In this document: positions 37,420-45,752 of the stretch, one piece after another
Layout of the letters: every line of letters starts with the position of its first letter
How positions within the stretch are numbered: the stretch's first letter is position 1
Source: an uncultured Acidobacteriota bacterium
Lineage (GTDB): Bacteria > Acidobacteriota > Thermoanaerobaculia > Gp7-AA8
Length of the DNA stretch: 64,000 bases
Assembly (NCBI GenBank): GCA_963822445.1
Contig: CAWGHO010000002.1
Location: 512,001 to 576,000 of the forward strand
Reading direction: 5' to 3'
Notes under the pieces: generated by a model
What the model saw: the letters and a program-made list of their open reading frames with translations, nothing else
Told to the model about the DNA's origin: nothing
The model's database searches: none
Translations under genes and position numbers: made by a program

Positions 37420-38124
37420 TCAGATCCTCACTTCCTCCCGGATCAGACGGAAGAGCTCGCGAAACGAGCCGACGACGGTGACGTTGGGAGGAGGAACGCG
37501 CTCGCTGCTGGCGACGAACAGTGCGCGGCCGCGCTCGGCTGCGAAGCGGAGCGGACCGAAATCGGTGAGGTCGTCGCCGGCGTAAACGACGCGGTCGGCG
37601 CCGATTGCGCCCGCCAGCCAGCGCAACGCCTCCTCTTTTCCACCGCCGCGGACGCGGGCCTCGACCACACAGCGGCCTTCGATCAGATCGAGGCCCGCGC
37701 ACGTTGCCCATTCGCGGAACGACAGCACGACCGGCTCGATGGCTTCTTGCGGGATGCCTCGCCAATGCACGGCGACCGCATGTTTCTTCGATTCCAGCCG
37801 CAGACCGCACGCTGCAATTTCGCGGTGCAGCTCGGGGTCGAGAGCGAAGGAAAGCGGAAGCGTGTCGCGCACGACGAGCCCTCCCGGCGCGCGAATTTCC
37901 AGACCGTGCGAGGCGATGAGATACGCGCCGGGCGTATTCACGCGCGCGGCGAGATCATCGGCATCGCGTCCGGACACGATCGCGACGACGACGCCTTCCA
38001 TCTGCGACGTCTCGGCGAGCAGCGCCGCGGCACCGCGATCGAGGCGGACGTTCGCCGGATCGTCGCAGATCGGCGCGAGCGTTCCGTCGAAGTCGAATGC
38101 GAGAAGCGTCGAGCCCATCGTCAT
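37420..38124 (-). CDS. otsB: Trehalose-6-phosphate phosphatase
   Basis: FDFDGTLAPI, IVSGR, HGLE and GDDLTD; coupled to otsA. Confidence 0.9.
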   Translation of the reverse strand: MTMGSTLLAFDFDGTLAPICDDPANVRLDRGAAALLAETSQMEGVVVAIVSGRDADDLAARVNTPGAYLIASHGLEIRAPGGLVVRDTLPLSFALDPELHREIAACGLRLESKKHAVAVHWRGIPQEAIEPVVLSFREWATCAGLDLIEGRCVVEARVRGGGKEEALRWLAGAIGADRVVYAGDDLTDFGPLRFAAERGRALFVASSERVPPPNVTVVGSFRELFRLIREEVRI

Positions 38125-39608
38125 CCGGCGACCACCACGGATCGCCGCGCGGGCACGTCCGGCACGCGCTGCGGCCAGAACCTTGCGCCGCGGTGGCGGA
38201 CCTTACGCATGTCGGTGAGGATCTTCTCGGACCAGTCGTAAATCGAATGCGAAGCGATCTGCTCGCGCATGACCTGCATGCGCGCGCGACGCTCGGCGAG
38301 GGGCATGCGGATCGCGCGGAGAATCGTCTGCGCGACCTGCTGCGTGTCGTACGGATTGACGAGCAGCGCGCCGTCGAGCTCCTTCGCCGCGCCGGCGAAA
38401 ACGCTCAGCACGAGCGCGCCGTGGCCGTCCTCGCAGGCGGCGACGTACTCCTTGGCCACGAGATTCATCCCGTCGTGCAGCGGCGTGACCAGCGCGCTGT
38501 CGGCCATGGCGTAGTACTGCCGCACTTCATCGGGGGAGAAGGTGCGCATCTGCAGCACGATCGGCTTCCAGTGCGCGGTGCCGAAACGCTCGTTCACGCG
38601 ATCGACGGCTTCCGTCAGATCGTCGGCGAGCTGCCGGTATTTGCGGATCCGCGTGCGCGTCGGCGAGGCCAGTTGCACGAAGACGTACCGGCCGATCAGC
38701 GACGGCGTTTCGTCGAGGAGCTGCTCGACCGCGGCCACGCGCTCGATCAGCCCTTTCGTGTAATCGGCGCGATCGACGCCGATGCTCACATGCGCATCGG
38801 AAGCAATGCCGAGCGATCGTCGCAGCATCGCCCCGTCGGCGCGCGGCGACGCGGGATACGGCCACTCGACGCTGATCGGATACGGACGGACCAGGGTCTT
38901 GTGGCCACCGTGCGAGACGGACATCTCTTCGAAATCGACACGGCATTCGAGATAGCGCTGCACGGTCTCGAGAAAGTTGAGGCAGTACTGACGGGTGTGA
39001 AATCCGAGGAGGTCGGCGCCGAGCATTCCTTCGAGGATGGCGTCCTTCCAGGGACAGATCCCGAACACCTCTGAATTCGGCCAGGGGATGTGCCAGAACA
39101 GGCTGGTCACGACGTGGGGCGCCTGCTCGCGCACGAGCCGCGGCACGAGCGCGAAGTGGTAGTCCTGAATGAGCAGCAGTCCGCCTTCATCGACTGCTGC
39201 TCGCGCGAAGGTCTCGTTGACGGCCTGGTACGAACGCCAGTCGGCGGCGCGGAACTGCGGCTGGGTATGGGCGATGTGGCAGAGCGGCCAGAGGCCTTCG
39301 TTCGCAAAGCCGGAGTAGTAGCGCTCGTATTCGTCCTCCTCGATCCACACCCGGCGCAACGTGTACTCCGGCTTCTCCGGCGGCACGGCCACACGGCCGT
39401 TGCGATCGGAATGGGCGCGATCCGCGGACCCGCCGCCATACGCGATCCACGTTCCGCCACACGAACGCAGAATCGGCTCGATCCCGGTGACGAGACCGCT
39501 GGCCGGCCGCTCGACGACGACCGAGCCATCGGATCCCCATTCGTGCGCATACGGCTCCCGGTTCGCGATGACGATGAGCCTGCTCTCGGCGTTCTCCACG
39601 GTCCGCAC
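38121..39608 (-). CDS. otsA: Trehalose-6-phosphate synthase (GT20)
   Basis: IANREP, LWPLCH, QDYH, FWHIPWP, VDRADYTKG and DGMNLVAKEY. Confidence 0.92.
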   Translation of the reverse strand: MRTVENAESRLIVIANREPYAHEWGSDGSVVVERPASGLVTGIEPILRSCGGTWIAYGGGSADRAHSDRNGRVAVPPEKPEYTLRRVWIEEDEYERYYSGFANEGLWPLCHIAHTQPQFRAADWRSYQAVNETFARAAVDEGGLLLIQDYHFALVPRLVREQAPHVVTSLFWHIPWPNSEVFGICPWKDAILEGMLGADLLGFHTRQYCLNFLETVQRYLECRVDFEEMSVSHGGHKTLVRPYPISVEWPYPASPRADGAMLRRSLGIASDAHVSIGVDRADYTKGLIERVAAVEQLLDETPSLIGRYVFVQLASPTRTRIRKYRQLADDLTEAVDRVNERFGTAHWKPIVLQMRTFSPDEVRQYYAMADSALVTPLHDGMNLVAKEYVAACEDGHGALVLSVFAGAAKELDGALLVNPYDTQQVAQTILRAIRMPLAERRARMQVMREQIASHSIYDWSEKILTDMRKVRHRGARFWPQRVPDVPARRSVVVAG

Positions 39609-39688
39609 CTTATGGGCGCGGCGGAGGTGTGTACATCCCGTGTTTACCGGATACCAACGCGCGGGCGGCCGTCTTACCGTGCGGGCTC

Positions 39689-40540
39689 ATGGATCCGAGA
39701 AAAACAACCGCTGTTCGCCTTCGTCCGCGCGTGCGGCCTTCCGCCGCGCATCGCCTCGCGGTGTTCACATCTGTCGACGGCACCCTGCTCGATGCCAGGG
39801 CCTTCGAGCCTGGGGCAAGCAGGAGCGCGGTGCGCAGGCTCCTGGCCGGCGGAGTCCCTGTGATTCCGGTCTCGGTGATGACCCTCGACGAGCTCGCGCC
39901 GATCGCCACCGACCTCGGGTTGCGCCACGCGATGATCGTCGAAGCAGGCGGAGCGATCGCGCGCTGGAGCGGATCGGCGTGGGAAGTCGAGCCGTGCGGA
40001 CCGCCGGCGGAGACGATGCTCGACGTCGTCCTCGACATCGAGAAGCGGTCCGGCGCGAATCTCCTCGTCTATTCGGCGTTGCCGGAGAGAGAAGCGGCGC
40101 AGCTGTCGGGGCGTTCCGGGGAAATGCTGCATGCGTCGACGCATCGCTGCTTCAGCGAGCCATTCGTCATCGAGAGCGGCGATCTGGAGAAAGTGAAACG
40201 GGCCGCGGCGGCCATCGGATTTTCCGTTCGGCGCGGACGGCGCTTCCTTCATCTCTGTCGTTCCTGCGATGAAGGCGAGGCCTTCACGCGGTTACGCGCG
40301 GAGCTCGGCTGCGAGACGGCGATCGCCATCGGCGGCGCGGCGGTCGACGGCGAGTTCCTGAGCCGCGCCGACCTTCCGATCATCGTCCCCGGACCGGACG
40401 GAAAGCCGGATCCCGAGCTCTTGTCGATGGTTCCGCACGCGAAGATCGCCGCCAGTCCGGGACCTGCCGGCTGGGCCGCGGCCATCGACGAGGTCTGGCA
40501 AAGCGTTTCCGCGCCGAAACGCCGCGCGCGGCGCGCGTGA
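39689..40540 (+). CDS. Mannosyl-3-phosphoglycerate phosphatase-like HAD-IIB protein with degenerate catalytic motifs
   Basis: VFTSVDGTLLD, IVEAGG, RCFSEPF, RGRRFLHL and GPAGW. Confidence 0.75.
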   Translation: MDPRKTTAVRLRPRVRPSAAHRLAVFTSVDGTLLDARAFEPGASRSAVRRLLAGGVPVIPVSVMTLDELAPIATDLGLRHAMIVEAGGAIARWSGSAWEVEPCGPPAETMLDVVLDIEKRSGANLLVYSALPEREAAQLSGRSGEMLHASTHRCFSEPFVIESGDLEKVKRAAAAIGFSVRRGRRFLHLCRSCDEGEAFTRLRAELGCETAIAIGGAAVDGEFLSRADLPIIVPGPDGKPDPELLSMVPHAKIAASPGPAGWAAAIDEVWQSVSAPKRRARRA

Positions 40541-40577
40541 GACATCGCGACTAACATCCGCCCGCGAGAACGAGCGG

Positions 40578-42272
40578 ATGCCCCACGACGTCAACCTCAT
40601 CACCACCATCGCCGCCGGTCTCGGTCTGGCGATGGTCCTCGGCTTCCTCGCCGTCCGGCTGAAGCTTCCGCCGCTGGTCGGCTACCTGCTGGCCGGTGTG
40701 TTGATCGGGCCGCACACGCGCGGCTTCGTGGCCGACGTCGCGCTGGCGGGACAGCTTGCCGAGATCGGCGTGATGCTGCTTATGTTCGGGGTCGGGCTGC
40801 ATTTCTCGCTCGACGATCTGGCCTCGGTTCGAGGGATCGCCCTTCCCGGCGCGGTCGTGCAGATCCTCGCCGCGACCGTGCTGGGGACAGCCACGGCGAT
40901 GTTCTGGGGCTGGAGCTTCGGTGCGGGACTGGTCTTCGGCCTGGCGCTGTCCGTTGCCAGCACCGTCGTCCTCCTCCGCGCACTCGAGGCGCGCAATGCG
41001 CTGGAGAGCTTCAACGGACGCATCGCCGTCGGCTGGCTGATCGTCGAGGACCTGGTGATGGTCCTGGTGCTGGTGCTGCTCCCGCCGCTCGCCAACGTCT
41101 TAGGTGGCAGCGCGCAGGGCGCCGGGCAAAGCTCCGGGATCGCGGTGACGCTGGCCATCACCTTCGGGAAGGTGGCCGCGTTCATCGTGCTGATGCTCGT
41201 CGTCGGCAAGCGGCTCTTTCCGCGGATTCTGTGGCTCGTCGCGAAAACGGGATCGCGGGAGCTGTTCACGCTGTGCGTCATCGCCGCGGCGGTCGGCGTG
41301 GCGTACGGCGCGGCCGCGCTCTTCGGCGTCTCGTTCGCCCTCGGCGCGTTCTTCGCCGGGATGATGATGCGCGAGTCGTCGTTCAGCCATCGCGCGGCCG
41401 ATGAATCGTTGCCGCTACGCGACGCCTTCTCGGTCCTCTTCTTCGTCTCGGTGGGGATGCTGTTCGATCCGGCGGTCCTCGTGCGCTCGCCGCTGGCCGT
41501 GCTTTCGGTCGTGGCGATCATCATCTTCGGCAAGACCATCGCCGCGATCAGCCTGGTGCTGCTGCTGCGCTATCCATTGAACACCGCCCTCACCGTCGGC
41601 GCGAGCCTCGCCCAGATCGGCGAGTTCTCCTTCATCCTGGCCGGCCTCGGCGTGAAATACGGCCTGCTTCCGGAACAGGGACAGAGCCTCGTCCTCGCCG
41701 GAGCGCTGATCTCGATCGCGCTGAATCCGGCGGTGTTCGCCGCGATCGAGCCGGCGCAGCGATGGATCCGGGCGCGATCGGAAGCGGCGCGCAGGCTCGA
41801 GCGGCGCGCCGATCCGCTGGCCGAGCTGCCGACCTCCGTCGATGCGGCGTTGCTCACCGGCCACGTGGCAATCGTCGGCTACGGGCGGGTGGGACGGCGG
41901 ATCGTGCAGGCCCTGCGCGAACGGAACGTGCCCTTCACCATCGCCGAACAAAACCGCGACGTGGTCGAACGTCTGCGCGAGGAAGGACTGCACGCGGTCT
42001 CCGGGGATGCTCACGATCCGGCGGTCCTCATTCAGGCGCACGTCGCGCGCGCGGCGATGCTCGTGATCGCGACGCCCGATACGGTAGGCGTGCGGAAGAT
42101 GATCGACGTCGCCCGCAAGCTGAATCCGAACATCCAGATCGTCCTGCGCACGCACAGCGATGACGAGGCGGAGATGCTTCGTCGCGAGCAGCTCGGCGTC
42201 GTGTTCATGGGCGAGCACGAGCTGGCCCGGGCCATGACCCAGCACGTGCTCGAAAAAATGATCGGAGGGTAG
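40578..42272 (+). CDS. ybaL: CPA2-family cation:proton antiporter with a TrkA-N domain
   Basis: MPHDVNLITTIAAGL, LAEIGVMLLMFGVGLHFS, LAQIGEFSFIL and VGYGRVG. Confidence 0.9.
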   Translation: MPHDVNLITTIAAGLGLAMVLGFLAVRLKLPPLVGYLLAGVLIGPHTRGFVADVALAGQLAEIGVMLLMFGVGLHFSLDDLASVRGIALPGAVVQILAATVLGTATAMFWGWSFGAGLVFGLALSVASTVVLLRALEARNALESFNGRIAVGWLIVEDLVMVLVLVLLPPLANVLGGSAQGAGQSSGIAVTLAITFGKVAAFIVLMLVVGKRLFPRILWLVAKTGSRELFTLCVIAAAVGVAYGAAALFGVSFALGAFFAGMMMRESSFSHRAADESLPLRDAFSVLFFVSVGMLFDPAVLVRSPLAVLSVVAIIIFGKTIAAISLVLLLRYPLNTALTVGASLAQIGEFSFILAGLGVKYGLLPEQGQSLVLAGALISIALNPAVFAAIEPAQRWIRARSEAARRLERRADPLAELPTSVDAALLTGHVAIVGYGRVGRRIVQALRERNVPFTIAEQNRDVVERLREEGLHAVSGDAHDPAVLIQAHVARAAMLVIATPDTVGVRKMIDVARKLNPNIQIVLRTHSDDEAEMLRREQLGVVFMGEHELARAMTQHVLEKMIGG

Positions 42273-42327
42273 GGGAAAATCGGGCTCCCGGCACTCCTAA
42301 CGCATACGCGGGGGCAAGGAGGCTGGG

Positions 42328-42933
42328 ATGAGTCGACGCTGGGCGGTTGCGCTGCTGTTGGTCGGAGCTTTGGGATGTGCATCCACTCCACCGCCGGATA
42401 CGCCGGCGGCCGTCGCCGAAGAGGATGCGGCGACAGGTGTTTCGCCGGCGGCTGACGTGACGGCGGACGTCGTCGCCAAAGACGACCGCATCGCGCCCGG
42501 CCTGCGCGTTCGTGTGGTCTGCAGCGAGACCGAGAGCCGCACGGCCATCGCCATCATCGAGTGGCGCCAACCTCCCGCAGCCTTTGCGGCCGAGGAGCGC
42601 CTCGATTTCACGGTCTACAAGGACGGCTTCCAGAAGGGCTGGTTCGCGACCCTTTCGATGACCCCGGGCGGCGAAGTGCGCATGACCGAGCGCCTCAGAA
42701 CGATGGAAGGCGCGCGGAAGTCGGCGGCATTCAATGTGACCGCCGTTCGCGCGGTCGATCGCGCCGGATTCGAGCGCGACAAAGACACCGTGGCCATCGA
42801 GGTGCGCAACGTGGAGCCGGGGATTCTCTATCGCTGGCGCCTCGCGGCCCGCACCGAGCGTGGCTGGTTCGCGAGTGAAGAAGTGCAGGTCGAGATTCCG
42901 GTGTGCGTCGACGACCGTGAGGGGAGGAACTGA
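42328..42933 (+). CDS. Putative lipoprotein
   Basis: AAGGAGG RBS and lipobox ALGC; stop overlaps the next start. Confidence 0.7.
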   Translation: MSRRWAVALLLVGALGCASTPPPDTPAAVAEEDAATGVSPAADVTADVVAKDDRIAPGLRVRVVCSETESRTAIAIIEWRQPPAAFAAEERLDFTVYKDGFQKGWFATLSMTPGGEVRMTERLRTMEGARKSAAFNVTAVRAVDRAGFERDKDTVAIEVRNVEPGILYRWRLAARTERGWFASEEVQVEIPVCVDDREGRN

Positions 42934-45719
42934 TGCGCGTCGCACGATTTGTTTCGCTCATCAGCCTGCTGGTCGCAATTCTGATCGCGCCAAGGGCATG
43001 GGCGCAGGTCACCGCGACCTTCACCGACATCAGCCCGAGCCAGTCCTCGCTTCACGCCACGAACCCGAACGGAGCCTCGGGCGGACGCGTGAACAACGTC
43101 GCCATGTCCGCCGATGGACGGACGGTCTTCGCGGCGAGCGAATGGGGCGGCTTGTGGCGAAGCACCGACGCCGGCCTGCGCTGGGCGCATCTGCCCGGGC
43201 ACGTGCCGCAGGTGACGTCTGACGTCGCCGTCGACGCGACGAACACGGCCCGCGTGTTCGCCACGTCGCTTTACGACGGACGGGTGCGCAGTCTTTCCGG
43301 CATCAACGTGAGCACGGACGGCGGGAACACCTGGACCAAGCCCGCAACGGCCACGCCGCCGGCGAACTTCTGCGAGACGGCCGTCCGGCATGAAGAACCA
43401 GCGGCGTACGGGATCAGCATCAATCCCGAGAACAACCAGAACGTGGTGATCGGGACGAACTGCGGCGTGGCCATCAGCAGGAACGCCGGGGTGGACTGGA
43501 CGTTCGTCGATCCGACGCCGGGCGACGCGGGAGCGACCGATGTCTTCGACGTGGTCGTGCATCACGGCGGAATCATCGACACCTGCGGTGCCGACGGGCA
43601 TCGCCGCTCGACCGACGCCGGGACGACCTGGACGACGGCGACGACCTCGCCCCTGCCGGGCGGTCGCTGCTCCATCGCCGTTTCGCCGGACGAGTCGTAC
43701 GTTCTGTTCGCGGTCGTCGGCAGAAACGAGCTGTTCGAGTCGGACAACGGCGGCGACAGCTGGCCGCACGCGTTCACGAATCCCAGCCCGCAGGGGCGTA
43801 TCCCCTTTTTCGCGACGAACCAGCGCACCGGCACCGCGTTCGATCTCTGGTTCGGCGACGTCGGCCTGCATCGCGAGAGCTGCACCACTCCCGCGACTCC
43901 CGCGCCGGGTGGCAATCGCCGCTGCCCGAACAACAGCTGGAGCGCGTCGTTCACCACCGCTGCCGGAGCCCACGCCGATTCCGGCGACATCGCCTTCACC
44001 ACCGCCGCGACCAACGCCTGTCCCACGCTCTTTTCCTCGGACGGCGGCGTCTACTTCAACACGGTGACCACCAGCCCCGGTTGTCACAGTCCCAAGTGGC
44101 AGCAACCGACGGTCACACCGCATGCGCTCTGGCTGATGACCATGTCCGGAGTGAATGTGTCGGGCGCGGCCGAGCATCTCTACATCGGCGCGCAGGACAA
44201 CGGTCCGTTCGGGACGTTGAACGCGCCCGCGGCGTCGCCGACCTGGACGAACGCGCGCTGCTGCGATGGGTTCGACACGGCGGCCGATCTGAACCGGGCG
44301 TTTTTCACCGTGTGTTGCGCGACGGATGGTTCGGGTACACGCGTCTTCAGGAGCAGCACCGGGTTTACAGCCGCGGCGAACGTCATCAACAACCGTCCCA
44401 CCGGCGCGCTGTCGGGGTTCCGCTATCCCGACATCCTCGGCACGTTCGGCGACAAAAAGTACGTGCTGGCCACCGCCAACGGCGTGTTCTTCACGAACGA
44501 CGTCACGGTCACGCCGATCGTCTGGACGGAGCTGGGCGATGCGACCTCACCGGCCAACGTCCGCGGCGTGCAGGTGGCGATCGAGGGCGGCACGCCGTCG
44601 TTCATCGTGCAGTCCGGCGTGGGCGACGGCATGAGCCGGGACCGGCTGTTCCGCTTCAACGGCACCGGCGCCGGAAACTGGGTGGAAATCGCACGGCCCG
44701 GCGGGGTGGGTGGATTCGGCGTGTACGGCGTCGACCCGCGCGATCCGGACCGGATCATCGTGTCGCACCTTCGAAACGGACTCGATCCGCAGATGATGCT
44801 CACCACCGACGGCGGCGCGAACTGGACCGCGCTGCCGGAACTGGACAAGCTCATGACCGGCGGTGGGGTGTTCCGCTACGTGACTCGCCGCGGTCTGTCG
44901 CACAGCGGCAACGCGATCAACGCCCAGGTCGGATATCCGCAGCCGACCATGGTGGCGATCGACGCGGAAGACAGCTCGATCATGGTCGCCGGCGGCGCCG
45001 ACTCGGGCCTGTTCCTGAGCACGAACAACGGCAGGAACTGGACGCTCCTCACCGACCCGCATACGCCTCTCGTATCGGGCAAGCCACACATCCCCCGTCC
45101 CCGCTTCGCGTACTTCGATCACGAGGCGCCGAGCAACATCGCCGTCGAGCGCCGCCTGAGCCTCTACGTCGGCAGCCAGGGGCGCGGTGCGTGGCGCATC
45201 GACCTGAAACTGCCGGGGATCGCGATCGCGCAGTCGTTCTGCGAGCAGAACCCCGGCGCCTGCGTGATCCCGGAACTGAGCCAGGAACTGATCGAGGTCG
45301 ACTGCAGCCGCACCATCGGCGGCCGAACGGGATTCGATTGCGTGGCGGTCGACGAGATCCCCGAGAACTGCACAAAGAAGTTCCCCTGCCCCGGATGCGA
45401 CGGCTTCGGCCTCTGTCCTCCTTACTACCGCTTCGTCATCGACAACGTCGATCCGAAGGAGTGGCTGGTGGGCATCCAGAGCGCGAAAGGCGGCCCTGTC
45501 GATTACGAGGTGCTTCCCTCGCGCAGCGGCGGTGTGATCGTGAGCTTCCGGCCCGACAAAAAGGATTTCGTGGAGAAGAAGATCGGCGACTACCGGCTCG
45601 TGCTCGCGCATCGCGCCGGCGACAAGCAACCTGGCCGGGTCAAGTTCCCGATCAAGCTGGAGACGGGAGAGAAGCCGTTTACGGAGGAGCAACTGGAGTG
45701 GGCGCGGAAACAACAGTGA
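42933..45719 (+). CDS. Secreted BNR/Asp-box beta-propeller protein with a Cys-rich C-terminal domain
   Basis: Signal peptide; repeated S.D.G.TW boxes (STDAGLRW, STDGGNTW, SDNGGDSW, TTDGGANW, STNNGRNW). Confidence 0.8.
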   Translation: MRVARFVSLISLLVAILIAPRAWAQVTATFTDISPSQSSLHATNPNGASGGRVNNVAMSADGRTVFAASEWGGLWRSTDAGLRWAHLPGHVPQVTSDVAVDATNTARVFATSLYDGRVRSLSGINVSTDGGNTWTKPATATPPANFCETAVRHEEPAAYGISINPENNQNVVIGTNCGVAISRNAGVDWTFVDPTPGDAGATDVFDVVVHHGGIIDTCGADGHRRSTDAGTTWTTATTSPLPGGRCSIAVSPDESYVLFAVVGRNELFESDNGGDSWPHAFTNPSPQGRIPFFATNQRTGTAFDLWFGDVGLHRESCTTPATPAPGGNRRCPNNSWSASFTTAAGAHADSGDIAFTTAATNACPTLFSSDGGVYFNTVTTSPGCHSPKWQQPTVTPHALWLMTMSGVNVSGAAEHLYIGAQDNGPFGTLNAPAASPTWTNARCCDGFDTAADLNRAFFTVCCATDGSGTRVFRSSTGFTAAANVINNRPTGALSGFRYPDILGTFGDKKYVLATANGVFFTNDVTVTPIVWTELGDATSPANVRGVQVAIEGGTPSFIVQSGVGDGMSRDRLFRFNGTGAGNWVEIARPGGVGGFGVYGVDPRDPDRIIVSHLRNGLDPQMMLTTDGGANWTALPELDKLMTGGGVFRYVTRRGLSHSGNAINAQVGYPQPTMVAIDAEDSSIMVAGGADSGLFLSTNNGRNWTLLTDPHTPLVSGKPHIPRPRFAYFDHEAPSNIAVERRLSLYVGSQGRGAWRIDLKLPGIAIAQSFCEQNPGACVIPELSQELIEVDCSRTIGGRTGFDCVAVDEIPENCTKKFPCPGCDGFGLCPPYYRFVIDNVDPKEWLVGIQSAKGGPVDYEVLPSRSGGVIVSFRPDKKDFVEKKIGDYRLVLAHRAGDKQPGRVKFPIKLETGEKPFTEEQLEWARKQQ

Positions 45720-45752
45720 CGTAGTCCCGCTGCCCCATAATCGTCCGGCTCA

